Position numbers and translations under genes: made by a program. Below the pieces are notes generated by a model. The model saw only the letters and a program-made list of their open reading frames with translations, made no database searches and was not told the origin of the DNA. Below are positions 37,766 through 46,130 of a DNA stretch of 64,000 bases, in pieces (within the stretch, counting starts at the first letter, position 1; each line of letters begins with the position of its first letter). Source of the stretch: a virus (Duplodnaviria; Caudoviricetes); IMG/VR virus record IMGVR_UViG_2882828558_000007, positions 12,097 to 76,096 of that record. One strand, written 5' to 3'.

Positions 37766-40038
37766 CAGGCGGCCTCAGCCGGCCGGACGAACTTTATCTT
37801 ACGGTCAAAATGCTTCGGGTCCGGCTCGTCAACGACGGCAAGTATGCCACTCGATATCCATGCGTCGAGAATGGCCTTGACCTTGCGCTTGTCCGCGGTC
37901 ATGGCCTTTGCTGTTTCCACATGCATGCCCAACGCTGACGCGAGGACGTACCCGGCCCAGTCTTCAGACTGAGACGACTCGCGGTAATTCTGGTTGGCGA
38001 ATCGCACCAGGACTTCCTTGCGCACGTCCGGAGGGACGGCCTCGGCGATCTCCTCCTTGGACGGCCATTTCCACTCAGTCACCACAGGGGCGAAGTCCTG
38101 AGGCTTCGTGAGACCTCGACCATTGCCCAGTGGAACGCCTACGAGGTGACGCCAATCCAGCTTACTGCTTAGTGGGGTTAGGTTCGACTTGCCATAGGTC
38201 ACGGAGAAGTACCCGAACCTGTCAGCGCCGTCGACGCCGGCCTCGTTTGCTTGCTCCGGTGACATGCGGTTCAGGACGCGAACCGATCGAGCCGCGCCGA
38301 TGAGGGAAACCGCACCTCGAGCGTCTTCGACGGTAGCCTCCCGGTCGGCGACCTTGCGCAGATGGTGGACGATGTCGATCGCGCAGTTCGTGTAGTCAGC
38401 GATTTGCGCCCACAGCTTGGCCACCTTATCGATTGCCCCGTTGTCGTTCTCATTGACGCTGTGCGTCGACACGAACGGGTCCACGATCATCACGTCTATC
38501 TTGTTCCGCTCTATCTGTTCGACCACAGCCTCCACGATAGGTTGCTGGATGCGCACGCCTGCCTTCTTGTCGTCAACAGCGACGACCAGCTCCTGCTCGC
38601 GCCCGCTATCGAGAAACAGGTGCCCCTCGATGTCTTCCGGCTTTAGCTTGTAGTGGATGGCGGCAGCCATGATGCGCCGCTCCATCTCGTCGCGAGGATC
38701 TTCCGCATTAAACACCCACACACGCAGGCGCTCCGCAGGCTTGGTGCCGAGCAAAGTCTTGCCCGACGTCATCGCAAGAGCTTCCGCAAGGCTAAGGCTG
38801 GTCTTCCCCAAGCCGCCGGGGCTGACTGTTACGGACACGTATTTACGGATCAGGTGATTTCCATAGGCGAACTCTCGACGGGCAATGGACTTCGGGTCGA
38901 TCCACTTGAATGCGGTAGCAGTCAGCGGACTATTGTCGTTCGCCGGCTCCTCGTGCGCCGTATCGGTGATCCCGGTCGGGATATCTTCAGTCTCCGGGGC
39001 GTCTGGCTTGGCGCTTTCATCCCGTTCGGGATCATTCTCACCTTCAACGGCGACATCGTACCGCTCGGGAAGCCCCGTCTTTACACGTGCCTTGCGTAGC
39101 CCGTTGGCGACCATGCGCTGCACGTCGACAAGGCGCGTGTTGTCCTGGTGAAAATCCTGCTCCGGCGGATGACGCGGCTGGAGCGCGCCGGCCTTCAGGC
39201 CATTTTCGATGGTTTTGCAGCAGCGAGACCAATCCCTGCCCCATCCACGCGCTACGTCCTGTAGTTGAGCACGCGCTTCCGATTCGGACAGGTGGCCACC
39301 GCCAACCCACTGCCCGAGCGAGAACGCCGCGTCATTGAGTGCGTTGTTCCGGTTTCCCATCGGCTCTGATGCAAGGTCAGATAGCTCTCTCTCGATCGCC
39401 GCGTCGACATAGACAACATTCGTGGAACTCGCGGCATAGTGCGTGTGGGACGGCGCGGATTTCGGCAATAGCAGGTCGAGCAGCCAGGCCGGGGCGTCGG
39501 CGATCTCGCGCGTGTCGTCCGCCCACTTGTAGTGTCGTCCATTGGACAGGACGCTGCCCGCCGCAACGACGTAGCCGCCTTCCGACCGGATATCCACGCC
39601 AGCACCGAGTGCGCCGCGGTTGCGTGTGCCGGCCACGTATTTGAAATAGATGTGCAGGCCGCCATTCGGGCTAATGACGCGCGCCGTCACAGGGAGGGGG
39701 CCGTGCTCCGCCTCCATGTCCGAAAGCCAGGCGAAACCGTTGGCTCCGCCTGGCTTGTTGTCGATGTCTAGCGCGAAGAAACCAGTCGGCGACCCCGTAG
39801 GGAGGCCGATGGCCGCGTCTGGCCAGTCGCTCCACCACCTGTCGATGATGTGCTGGAACTTCGTCGCCTGCTTGAAGCCATGAATCGTGAGAGGTGTTTT
39901 CTCGCCTAGGGTCGTTACTTCGCCTGTATGTCGATCGACAACATCTTCTGCCTCTGAGCGGCAGGGGAATACCGGCCATCCCTGGGAGACGTAGGCATTG
40001 GCAAGTTGATGGGGCGTGGGTTGTGTGGTTTCGGTCAT
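37765..40038 (-). CDS. Bifunctional primase-polymerase fused to AAA_25/RepA-type helicase (replicase)
   Basis: GWPVFPC, LDID, GG.HIYF, DIRSEGGYVV; SPGGLGKT, IVDP, HHLRK. Confidence 0.9.
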   Translation of the reverse strand: MTETTQPTPHQLANAYVSQGWPVFPCRSEAEDVVDRHTGEVTTLGEKTPLTIHGFKQATKFQHIIDRWWSDWPDAAIGLPTGSPTGFFALDIDNKPGGANGFAWLSDMEAEHGPLPVTARVISPNGGLHIYFKYVAGTRNRGALGAGVDIRSEGGYVVAAGSVLSNGRHYKWADDTREIADAPAWLLDLLLPKSAPSHTHYAASSTNVVYVDAAIERELSDLASEPMGNRNNALNDAAFSLGQWVGGGHLSESEARAQLQDVARGWGRDWSRCCKTIENGLKAGALQPRHPPEQDFHQDNTRLVDVQRMVANGLRKARVKTGLPERYDVAVEGENDPERDESAKPDAPETEDIPTGITDTAHEEPANDNSPLTATAFKWIDPKSIARREFAYGNHLIRKYVSVTVSPGGLGKTSLSLAEALAMTSGKTLLGTKPAERLRVWVFNAEDPRDEMERRIMAAAIHYKLKPEDIEGHLFLDSGREQELVVAVDDKKAGVRIQQPIVEAVVEQIERNKIDVMIVDPFVSTHSVNENDNGAIDKVAKLWAQIADYTNCAIDIVHHLRKVADREATVEDARGAVSLIGAARSVRVLNRMSPEQANEAGVDGADRFGYFSVTYGKSNLTPLSSKLDWRHLVGVPLGNGRGLTKPQDFAPVVTEWKWPSKEEIAEAVPPDVRKEVLVRFANQNYRESSQSEDWAGYVLASALGMHVETAKAMTADKRKVKAILDAWISSGILAVVDEPDPKHFDRKIKFVRPAEAA

Positions 40039-40127
40039 GCTGCTTCCTTGAATTCTGAAAAATACCGCTTGATGGATAGGGCCATTGGTCCTAATGTGCT
40101 CATACCAACACCGCAGAGGAGACAAAC

Positions 40128-40355
40128 ATGAGCCCCGAAATCGCCGCCCTTCTTGCCCGCCGCCTCGCCGCTCCGAAGCAGTTCGAAGTTGTCACGCTCT
40201 TCGCCGATGGCACTTCGCGCCGTTTTGAAACCGAGACCCGCGGTCAGGCCGACAACTACGCCATCGGCGAGAAGCGCAAAGTCGGGAAGGTCTTGAAGAA
40301 CCGCGAAACCAATGCTGAGGTTCGCGTTGTTGATGTCTACGTGGCCGCGCTTTAA
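40128..40355 (+). CDS. Hypothetical protein (inserted cassette)
   Basis: AGAGGAG RBS; opposite orientation to flanks. Confidence 0.7.
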   Translation: MSPEIAALLARRLAAPKQFEVVTLFADGTSRRFETETRGQADNYAIGEKRKVGKVLKNRETNAEVRVVDVYVAAL

Positions 40356-40367
40356 GGAACGACGCCG

Positions 40368-40589
40368 ATGATCAACCTCCCCGGTCCCCGCAAAGAACGC
40401 AGCAACGATGACGCCCGCCGCGGCATCCCCATGACTGCACCCGAAGTGCGCTGGGTCATTGACCAGCTTGAAGCACAGAACCCCAACAAGAACGCCCGCA
40501 GGCGTCTGGCGGAACTCGCGCTGGGCCGTCCGAACATCACGCCTGATGGCAAGGACGTCTACCGCGAGTATCTGGCTCTGCTGAAATGA
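40368..40589 (+). CDS. Hypothetical protein (inserted cassette)
   Basis: AAGGA RBS; coupled to next gene. Confidence 0.65.
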   Translation: MINLPGPRKERSNDDARRGIPMTAPEVRWVIDQLEAQNPNKNARRRLAELALGRPNITPDGKDVYREYLALLK

Positions 40590-40780
40590 CCTCCGCCGAA
40601 CTGGAATCCCGGTGCGCAGCATTGTTCGGCGCCAATTGGCAGACGGCATTCGCGCGCCACAGTGGTGTGGACGCGCGAACCGTTCGACGTTGGAAGGCTG
40701 GCGACCGTGAAATCCCGCCATGGGTGAATGCGTTGCTTCACGCATGGGAGACCTTGCGCGAGATGGGGGCGGATTGGTAG
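40586..40780 (+). CDS. HTH DNA-binding protein
   Basis: WQTAFARHSGVDARTVRRWKAG. Confidence 0.75.
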   Translation: MTSAELESRCAALFGANWQTAFARHSGVDARTVRRWKAGDREIPPWVNALLHAWETLREMGADW

Positions 40781-41451
40781 TTGTCGTTGGCCGCCTCTGG
40801 AACCTTCGCCGTCCTCGCTATCGAGATAAGCATCTCACGGAAGGGAACCGGCGTATGGATTCGCGGTGTGCTGTTCTGCCCCCCGCCTTTCGCCCCAACC
40901 TCACCGAGGCGCTTGGCGCGCTTCAGCCCCATTCTGGCGATCACTTCCGGATCAAGACGTGGTTCGCCGATGCCCCAGTCGAGATCAGGTAGCTCTACCC
41001 TGTACGCGACCAGCAGCGTGGGCTTACGGGCATAGTGCCCATATCGCCCCTGCTCGACGCAACACGTCCAGCCACCATGGAAGTCTGCGGAAATCCACCC
41101 GCCCTCTCGTGGCGGTTTGTTCAAGCCGAAGTGCGCCCACGCATGACTGCCCCACGGATGCTCTATGACGCCGCCCCATTTTCGCGCCGCGGCCAGAGCG
41201 GCTGCAAAGCACCCACCATCGTCGCCTTTCACTTTCCGTATGCCAGTCTGCTTGATGAACAGCGGCTGTCCAGCCCACAGCTTGCCCCATCTCTGGCACG
41301 GCGGATGGGCAACGACCGGGTGCGGGCCGTCATAGAGCCGCGCGTCGCGAACCTCGTCCCATGGGTCGACGCCGGGCAAGCCGTAGTAGGCGCCATTGGT
41401 TTCGACATAGAGGGCGGCGACGGGACGAACGTTATCATTATCGTGCTTCAT
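40738..41451 (-). CDS. Phage protein, possible C5-cytosine methyltransferase-like
   Basis: VAHPPCQRWG (PC motif) and IEHP; other MTase motifs not clear. Confidence 0.5.
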   Translation of the reverse strand: MKHDNDNVRPVAALYVETNGAYYGLPGVDPWDEVRDARLYDGPHPVVAHPPCQRWGKLWAGQPLFIKQTGIRKVKGDDGGCFAAALAAARKWGGVIEHPWGSHAWAHFGLNKPPREGGWISADFHGGWTCCVEQGRYGHYARKPTLLVAYRVELPDLDWGIGEPRLDPEVIARMGLKRAKRLGEVGAKGGGQNSTPRIHTPVPFREMLISIARTAKVPEAANDNYQSAPISRKVSHA

Positions 41452-41654
41452 TGCGCCCCTTTCAGATCGCCGCGCACGACGATCGATGTCTTGGTACGAT
41501 ATGCGTAGAACGGCGTCTTCTTGCCGCGCAGGTCGAGGAACGCTACGCCGGCAGCGAAGCCTCTACGCTCGGGGTAGTCAGCCTGAAACTGCAAAGCGAC
41601 GGACAGTGCGTCGCCCCAGTTCTCCGGCTTGGTGTTGGTTATTTTCAGGTCCAT
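41448..41654 (-). CDS. Hypothetical protein
   Basis: Coupled ORF, GAGG RBS. Confidence 0.55.
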   Translation of the reverse strand: MDLKITNTKPENWGDALSVALQFQADYPERRGFAAGVAFLDLRGKKTPFYAYRTKTSIVVRGDLKGAQ

Positions 41655-42037
41655 CAAAAAGGCGCCTCTTCTCGCAGCAAACGCCGCAACGTGTCCCCGA
41701 ACGCCATGACGATCCGCTTGCACAGCATCTTGGCGTCGAGCTCGTCGAAGTGGTTCAGGTCGGAAATCCCGCGCTCGTCGATGATCGCCCCGAGCTCTTC
41801 CAGGCAGCCGTCAAGGGCCTTGAGTTCGTACACGTCAAACCGCCGCATATCGCGGACGGTCTCGATCAGGGCGCTGCATTCAAGGCAGAGATAACCGGGG
41901 TCCTTGTCGGTTCGGGACGTGAAGCCAACACCGACGCCGAACGACCGCATGCTGCAGACTCGGCAGACGGTCGGGTTGCCATGCTCGTCGGCCGTGGGCG
42001 TTATGGGCAGGATGTCTTTGCCTGGGAGCCGGGTCAT
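41654..42037 (-). CDS. Zn-finger hypothetical protein
   Basis: CRVC...CLEC. Confidence 0.7.
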   Translation of the reverse strand: MTRLPGKDILPITPTADEHGNPTVCRVCSMRSFGVGVGFTSRTDKDPGYLCLECSALIETVRDMRRFDVYELKALDGCLEELGAIIDERGISDLNHFDELDAKMLCKRIVMAFGDTLRRLLREEAPF

Positions 42038-42885
42038 GCTGCCACCGCGGAGAAGAGGTCGGCTTGCCGTGCCCGATTGTCGTTCGCTGGCGCAACGGTT
42101 ATTGCTGGCGCAATAACTTCTGGCGCCGGCATTGCCACGTCACCCTCTTGCGCGAAGTCGACGCAGACGATCTCGCACATCGGCGAGACTCCCTTCCAAT
42201 CGTTGATGTAGAAAGCCGTATCGATGCCGCAACCAGCGTCAAAGTGAATGCCGGTAAATTCCTGGAACTTGACCGCCTTGCCGTCCTTCTGTCGCTCGTA
42301 GCACGGGCGTCCACTGTAGTTAAAACCGGCCGACATCTGAGGGACGATGAACGCCCCGCTGCCAGCAAGGTGGGCCGCGATATCGATAACGTGGAACTCG
42401 AAGTCCTTTCCGCTATAACGCGGACTATTGCGCTCGCGCTTGATGGCACCGAACGGTGGATTGCTGATCGCCACGTCGAACCGGCCAAGCTCCATGTCGA
42501 GCACGTCCAGTACGTCGGCCAGAACCCACTCCGCCTCGGGCAGGATTTTCTGCCCGACTGCAAGATAGTCAGGATTGCGCTCCACGCAGGTGATGCGCGC
42601 CTTCTGGTGGCTTCTGTGCCAGCATGCATAAGACAGCATGCCTATGCCAGCGCACAGGTCGATGATGCGGCCGCTGTAACCGCCTTGTCCTATGGCGTCG
42701 ATTGTGAAGTCGAAGGCCATGTCGTAAGGCGTGAAGAACGCTCCTGCCGCACCGTTGACGTGGTTGGCGCCCTCGTTCCAGTTCCGAAGAACAAACTCTT
42801 TTTCGTCTTCGGTGAGTACGGGCTTTGTTAAGAGGTCGCACGCCTGCGCATGCGCCTTGGCTTGCGCCTTGGTGAGTTTGGCCAT
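42034..42885 (-). CDS. Amino (N6-A/N4-C) DNA methyltransferase
   Basis: AFFTP, IIDLCAGIG, ISNPPF. Confidence 0.85.
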   Translation of the reverse strand: MAKLTKAQAKAHAQACDLLTKPVLTEDEKEFVLRNWNEGANHVNGAAGAFFTPYDMAFDFTIDAIGQGGYSGRIIDLCAGIGMLSYACWHRSHQKARITCVERNPDYLAVGQKILPEAEWVLADVLDVLDMELGRFDVAISNPPFGAIKRERNSPRYSGKDFEFHVIDIAAHLAGSGAFIVPQMSAGFNYSGRPCYERQKDGKAVKFQEFTGIHFDAGCGIDTAFYINDWKGVSPMCEIVCVDFAQEGDVAMPAPEVIAPAITVAPANDNRARQADLFSAVAA

Positions 42886-43463
42886 TATGCTGCCTCCTGC
42901 AGGGAGGGGATGTTATCATTCGCAGCAACCAGCGGCGAAAACCTCCCAACCTCATTCCCCCACGCTGACCACCCGGCCCACGCCTGCCGAGCAAACAGCT
43001 CGAGGTAAGGCCCGGCGACCAACTGCTCGACGCGGCCATAGACTTCGTCCGGCTTCCGGCTGTGTTCACGCCGCGGTGCGCGGATGACGGAGCGGACACC
43101 ACGCGAAAGGCGGCGGGGCTTTCCGCGCTTGAACAGGTGGCAGATCTCGACTTCCTGACGGGTCCAGTAACCCATTCCCATACGGCCCTTGTCCCATATG
43201 AAGGCTACGGAGACGGGCTTGAACCCCCAGGCAGCCGCCACGTCGAAGGCTTCACGCTGCAGGTGGCTGACCGTCCACATGAACAGCAGGCAATCCTTGG
43301 CTGCGACTTCCGCGACGGGAAGCGCCGCGATATCGGCGAGCGACATCACGGCATAGGGCTGCTCACCTCGAGCGGGGGCTAGTTGCTGATTGGAGTAACT
43401 TCTGAACGACCACGGCGGGTCGGCCAAAATTGCGCCGTAGCGCCCTTCTGGTAGCGGCTGCAT
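42885..43463 (-). CDS. MT-A70-family adenine methyltransferase
   Basis: ILADPPW, LFMW, WGF, HSRKPDE, YLELFAR. Confidence 0.9.
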   Translation of the reverse strand: MQPLPEGRYGAILADPPWSFRSYSNQQLAPARGEQPYAVMSLADIAALPVAEVAAKDCLLFMWTVSHLQREAFDVAAAWGFKPVSVAFIWDKGRMGMGYWTRQEVEICHLFKRGKPRRLSRGVRSVIRAPRREHSRKPDEVYGRVEQLVAGPYLELFARQAWAGWSAWGNEVGRFSPLVAANDNIPSLQEAA

Positions 43464-43572
43464 GGTATCTCCTCTTATGTGGTATGCCCGCCCGTTGGTA
43501 GCGTGCGGTTTAGGTGGCTGTATTGACAGAAAAGTGCACGGCCTGTCGGGCAGTGCGATATGACTGATAATG

Positions 43573-43770
43573 CTAGTTGGCCCGACGTATGTTGCTGGCT
43601 GCTAGACGCAGGCCAGCGGCACTCGCGCCGTGGTGGATCGCTGCTTGTGCGGCCTTGGCTCGGACTTCGGCGTCTATGCGTGGCTCGTCCTTGGAGATCG
43701 CCAGACACGCCGCAGCCTGCTTGTCATGCCATGCGGCGGCGAGGTTGTAGGCGGTGGCGAGGTCAGTCAT
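43573..43770 (-). CDS. Hypothetical protein
   Basis: Coupled ORF in early operon. Confidence 0.55.
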   Translation of the reverse strand: MTDLATAYNLAAAWHDKQAAACLAISKDEPRIDAEVRAKAAQAAIHHGASAAGLRLAASNIRRAN

Positions 43771-44063
43771 GTTATGCCAGAATGACGATTGACAGCCTTT
43801 GCGATTAACACCGCATCTTCTGCACAGGAACATCGGCACAGCGTCCGGCAAAGCTGATCCCACACCTCGTGGTCATATCCGACGGTCTCTTCTGGAGAAG
43901 CCGGACCATTGCCGTCTGCGGTGAGCGGCATAGCCATGTGGTAGACCGGCACGGCAACTCGCCAGAAGTCGCCCCCTTGTTGCTCGGCAACAATCGGGCG
44001 GGCTGCTGCGGCTCGCTCGTCCGCTTCGTCCCATGCGCTCTCAGCATTGCAGTAATGATGCAT
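43767..44063 (-). CDS. Hypothetical protein
   Basis: GGAGGG RBS; coupled. Confidence 0.55.
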   Translation of the reverse strand: MHHYCNAESAWDEADERAAAARPIVAEQQGGDFWRVAVPVYHMAMPLTADGNGPASPEETVGYDHEVWDQLCRTLCRCSCAEDAVLIAKAVNRHSGIT

Positions 44064-44293
44064 CACACCCTCCCCGCCATCCGCTCGCAATCATGGCCGA
44101 CGCGCGTCAACTGCATCGACAGGTCCATGTGCTTGAGTTCCGTCAGCCGCATGGCCGCCTCATGCAGCCACTGCGCGGCGATTTCCAGCTGTGCGGCTGG
44201 CGTCTCGGCGCGGGATGGTGGTCTTCTGGTGGCGGCGAGACGGGCAAGCTGCATGCCGGGGCGTCCGTTGTTGATCATCAGGTTTCTGGTCAT
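44063..44293 (-). CDS. Hypothetical protein
   Basis: Coupled ORF. Confidence 0.55.
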   Translation of the reverse strand: MTRNLMINNGRPGMQLARLAATRRPPSRAETPAAQLEIAAQWLHEAAMRLTELKHMDLSMQLTRVGHDCERMAGRV

Positions 44294-44538
44294 TGTGCGG
44301 CCTCCAAAGATTCGAGGCGATCGAAAACGAGCCGCCAGCGATCTTCCTCGCTCATGCCCATGAACTGGCCGAAGGGGCTCGATTCGTAGTCGTATCGCGC
44401 CTCAGCCTCCGCCGCGATGCGAGCTTGAGACTCTGCCGTACCGCACGGGGCGCAGATGCTCGATGACATGGGGTTATTGTGTGACGCCCCGCAGACGCGA
44501 CAAGGCGCGAAGTGGCGTCGTGCTGCTTTTGCCATCAC
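44290..44538 (-). CDS. Small Zn-binding hypothetical protein
   Basis: CRVC...CAPC. Confidence 0.6.
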   Translation of the reverse strand: MMAKAARRHFAPCRVCGASHNNPMSSSICAPCGTAESQARIAAEAEARYDYESSPFGQFMGMSEEDRWRLVFDRLESLEAAQ

Positions 44539-45293
44539 GCCGCCACCTTAGTCTCTTTGACAACAAACCCCGGCACCTGCCGCAATCCAGCACGCACCGC
44601 CTCATCCGCATTCCGTTGCGCCACGGCTATGAACTCATCAGCGGCCCGTCCATAGGCCCAGTCGAGCGCCTTCTCGGGGTCTTCAAGCACAGCCGTCCAC
44701 ACGGTGCGCAGCCCCAGCCCTGTCGTCGCGGCCTTCTCGCTGCGGCGCGCCGTCTTCTCCAGTGCCTTCGCGTCGGCCAGCAACTCCTCGGCGGCCTCCC
44801 GCTCGGCGAGGTTGCCCGATGAGGCTTGCATTGCAGCCTGCGCGGCGGCTCTGGCGGCCTCGGCTTCCTTGGCCACGCGCGCGGCTTTCGCGGCCTTTTC
44901 GTCGGCCACCTTCTTGCGCCACGGCGTCAGAAGCGTCTGGCAGGCTTCCTTGGCCAGGATGACCTTGCCCTTGCCCGCCTTGGTGTTGCCGATCAGCGGG
45001 TGGAACTTGGTCTGGATTTCCGCAATCTTGTCGTCGAGCGGCTTCTTTTCGTCGACGCGCAGAGTCTCGGCCCGCTTGCCGCATTCGTGGATGCGGTCGT
45101 GCAGTTCGGTGATGACGTCGGCCATGGCCTCAGAATCGATCGGCTCGCCGTCGCAAAAATTCTTGGCTTCCTCGAACAGGTCTTCGATTTCCTGCTTGAG
45201 GAGTTCGAACGGCGAGAGTTCTTCGGGCGGGTTGTTGTGGCCTGGGCCTGCGACGGCGAGCGGGTTGAAGTCGTCGGTGGCGAGGCGGGTCAT
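44535..45293 (-). CDS. Coiled-coil phage protein of recombination module
   Basis: GHNNPP N-terminus; R.VPGF C-terminal motif. Confidence 0.7.
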   Translation of the reverse strand: MTRLATDDFNPLAVAGPGHNNPPEELSPFELLKQEIEDLFEEAKNFCDGEPIDSEAMADVITELHDRIHECGKRAETLRVDEKKPLDDKIAEIQTKFHPLIGNTKAGKGKVILAKEACQTLLTPWRKKVADEKAAKAARVAKEAEAARAAAQAAMQASSGNLAEREAAEELLADAKALEKTARRSEKAATTGLGLRTVWTAVLEDPEKALDWAYGRAADEFIAVAQRNADEAVRAGLRQVPGFVVKETKVAA

Positions 45294-45538
45294 GCGGCAC
45301 CTACAACGCGGTAGGCGATGATCTTTATCTCCTCACACTCGCACATCGAGTGGACCCACGGCTCAAGGCCGGCGCACCAGAATCCTGCGGGCGACATGCG
45401 AGAAACTGTGCCGTCGGCATGTCGGACGTCGACGTAGCTATCGACGTCGACGGGGCACCCAGCGCCATCGTGCTCGATCCAGTCATCTTCGCCTGCCGCA
45501 TCGGCAATAGGGCGCGCGTCTTCCGGTCTTCTCGTCAT
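45290..45538 (-). CDS. Hypothetical protein
   Basis: WIEHDG.GCPV....VDVR motif; GAGGAG RBS. Confidence 0.65.
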   Translation of the reverse strand: MTRRPEDARPIADAAGEDDWIEHDGAGCPVDVDSYVDVRHADGTVSRMSPAGFWCAGLEPWVHSMCECEEIKIIAYRVVGAA

Positions 45539-45586
45539 CTCAGTCTCCTCTATGTGTGGTAGCCGCGCTTGGTGGGCGCGGTGTGG

Positions 45587-46043
45587 TTAGTTGTCGAAGA
45601 AAAACAAAATCCTCTCTGCACCAACCTCGTTCAGGATTTCGAGGTCGCGGAAGAACGCATCGCCGAGAAATTCACGATATGTCATCATCGTGCCGCCGCC
45701 GAGATGGCCATGCGCCGCTCCACAGGTTCTCAGAAAGTTGACGAGCGACACGCCGGTCCTCCATCGTCTGATCGTAGTCAAATGACCGCAACTCCTCGAC
45801 CGTCAGCCATGACGGCGAGTGGGCATCACCAGCCCAGTTTGCATACCCTTCTGCTGCAGCGACGCTCGCGTCCTTTGGCCAGCCGCGACGTTCTGAGATT
45901 GGCGTGACATCAGAATAGTTTCGAACGTTGGCGAGGAAGCCAAAAACGCCGTATGACCGCCAACCGAATGGTTCGGCTTCAGTGACCAATTCCCACTCGC
46001 CGTCTACTCTGCGCTCGGCAAAGCTGTGGATATCACATCCCAT
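45587..46043 (-). pseudogene. Phage protein split by an apparent frameshift
   Basis: MGCDIH...EDRR ORF ends at 45672; a different frame continues GGGTMMTYREFLG...FFDN to 45587. Confidence 0.5.
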
Positions 46044-46081
46044 CCTCAGTCTCCTCTATGTGGTGCATTCTTGGTATCGTG

Positions 46082-46110
46082 AACTTAACCGCAATTTACA
46101 AATTTGTCAA
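46082..46110 (-). promoter_or_regulatory. Promoter with 16-bp operator-like dyad
   Basis: TTGACA-17-TAAGTT; dyad at 46095-46110. Confidence 0.75.
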
Positions 46111-46130
46111 GACTGGTAATCCGCTCTCCT

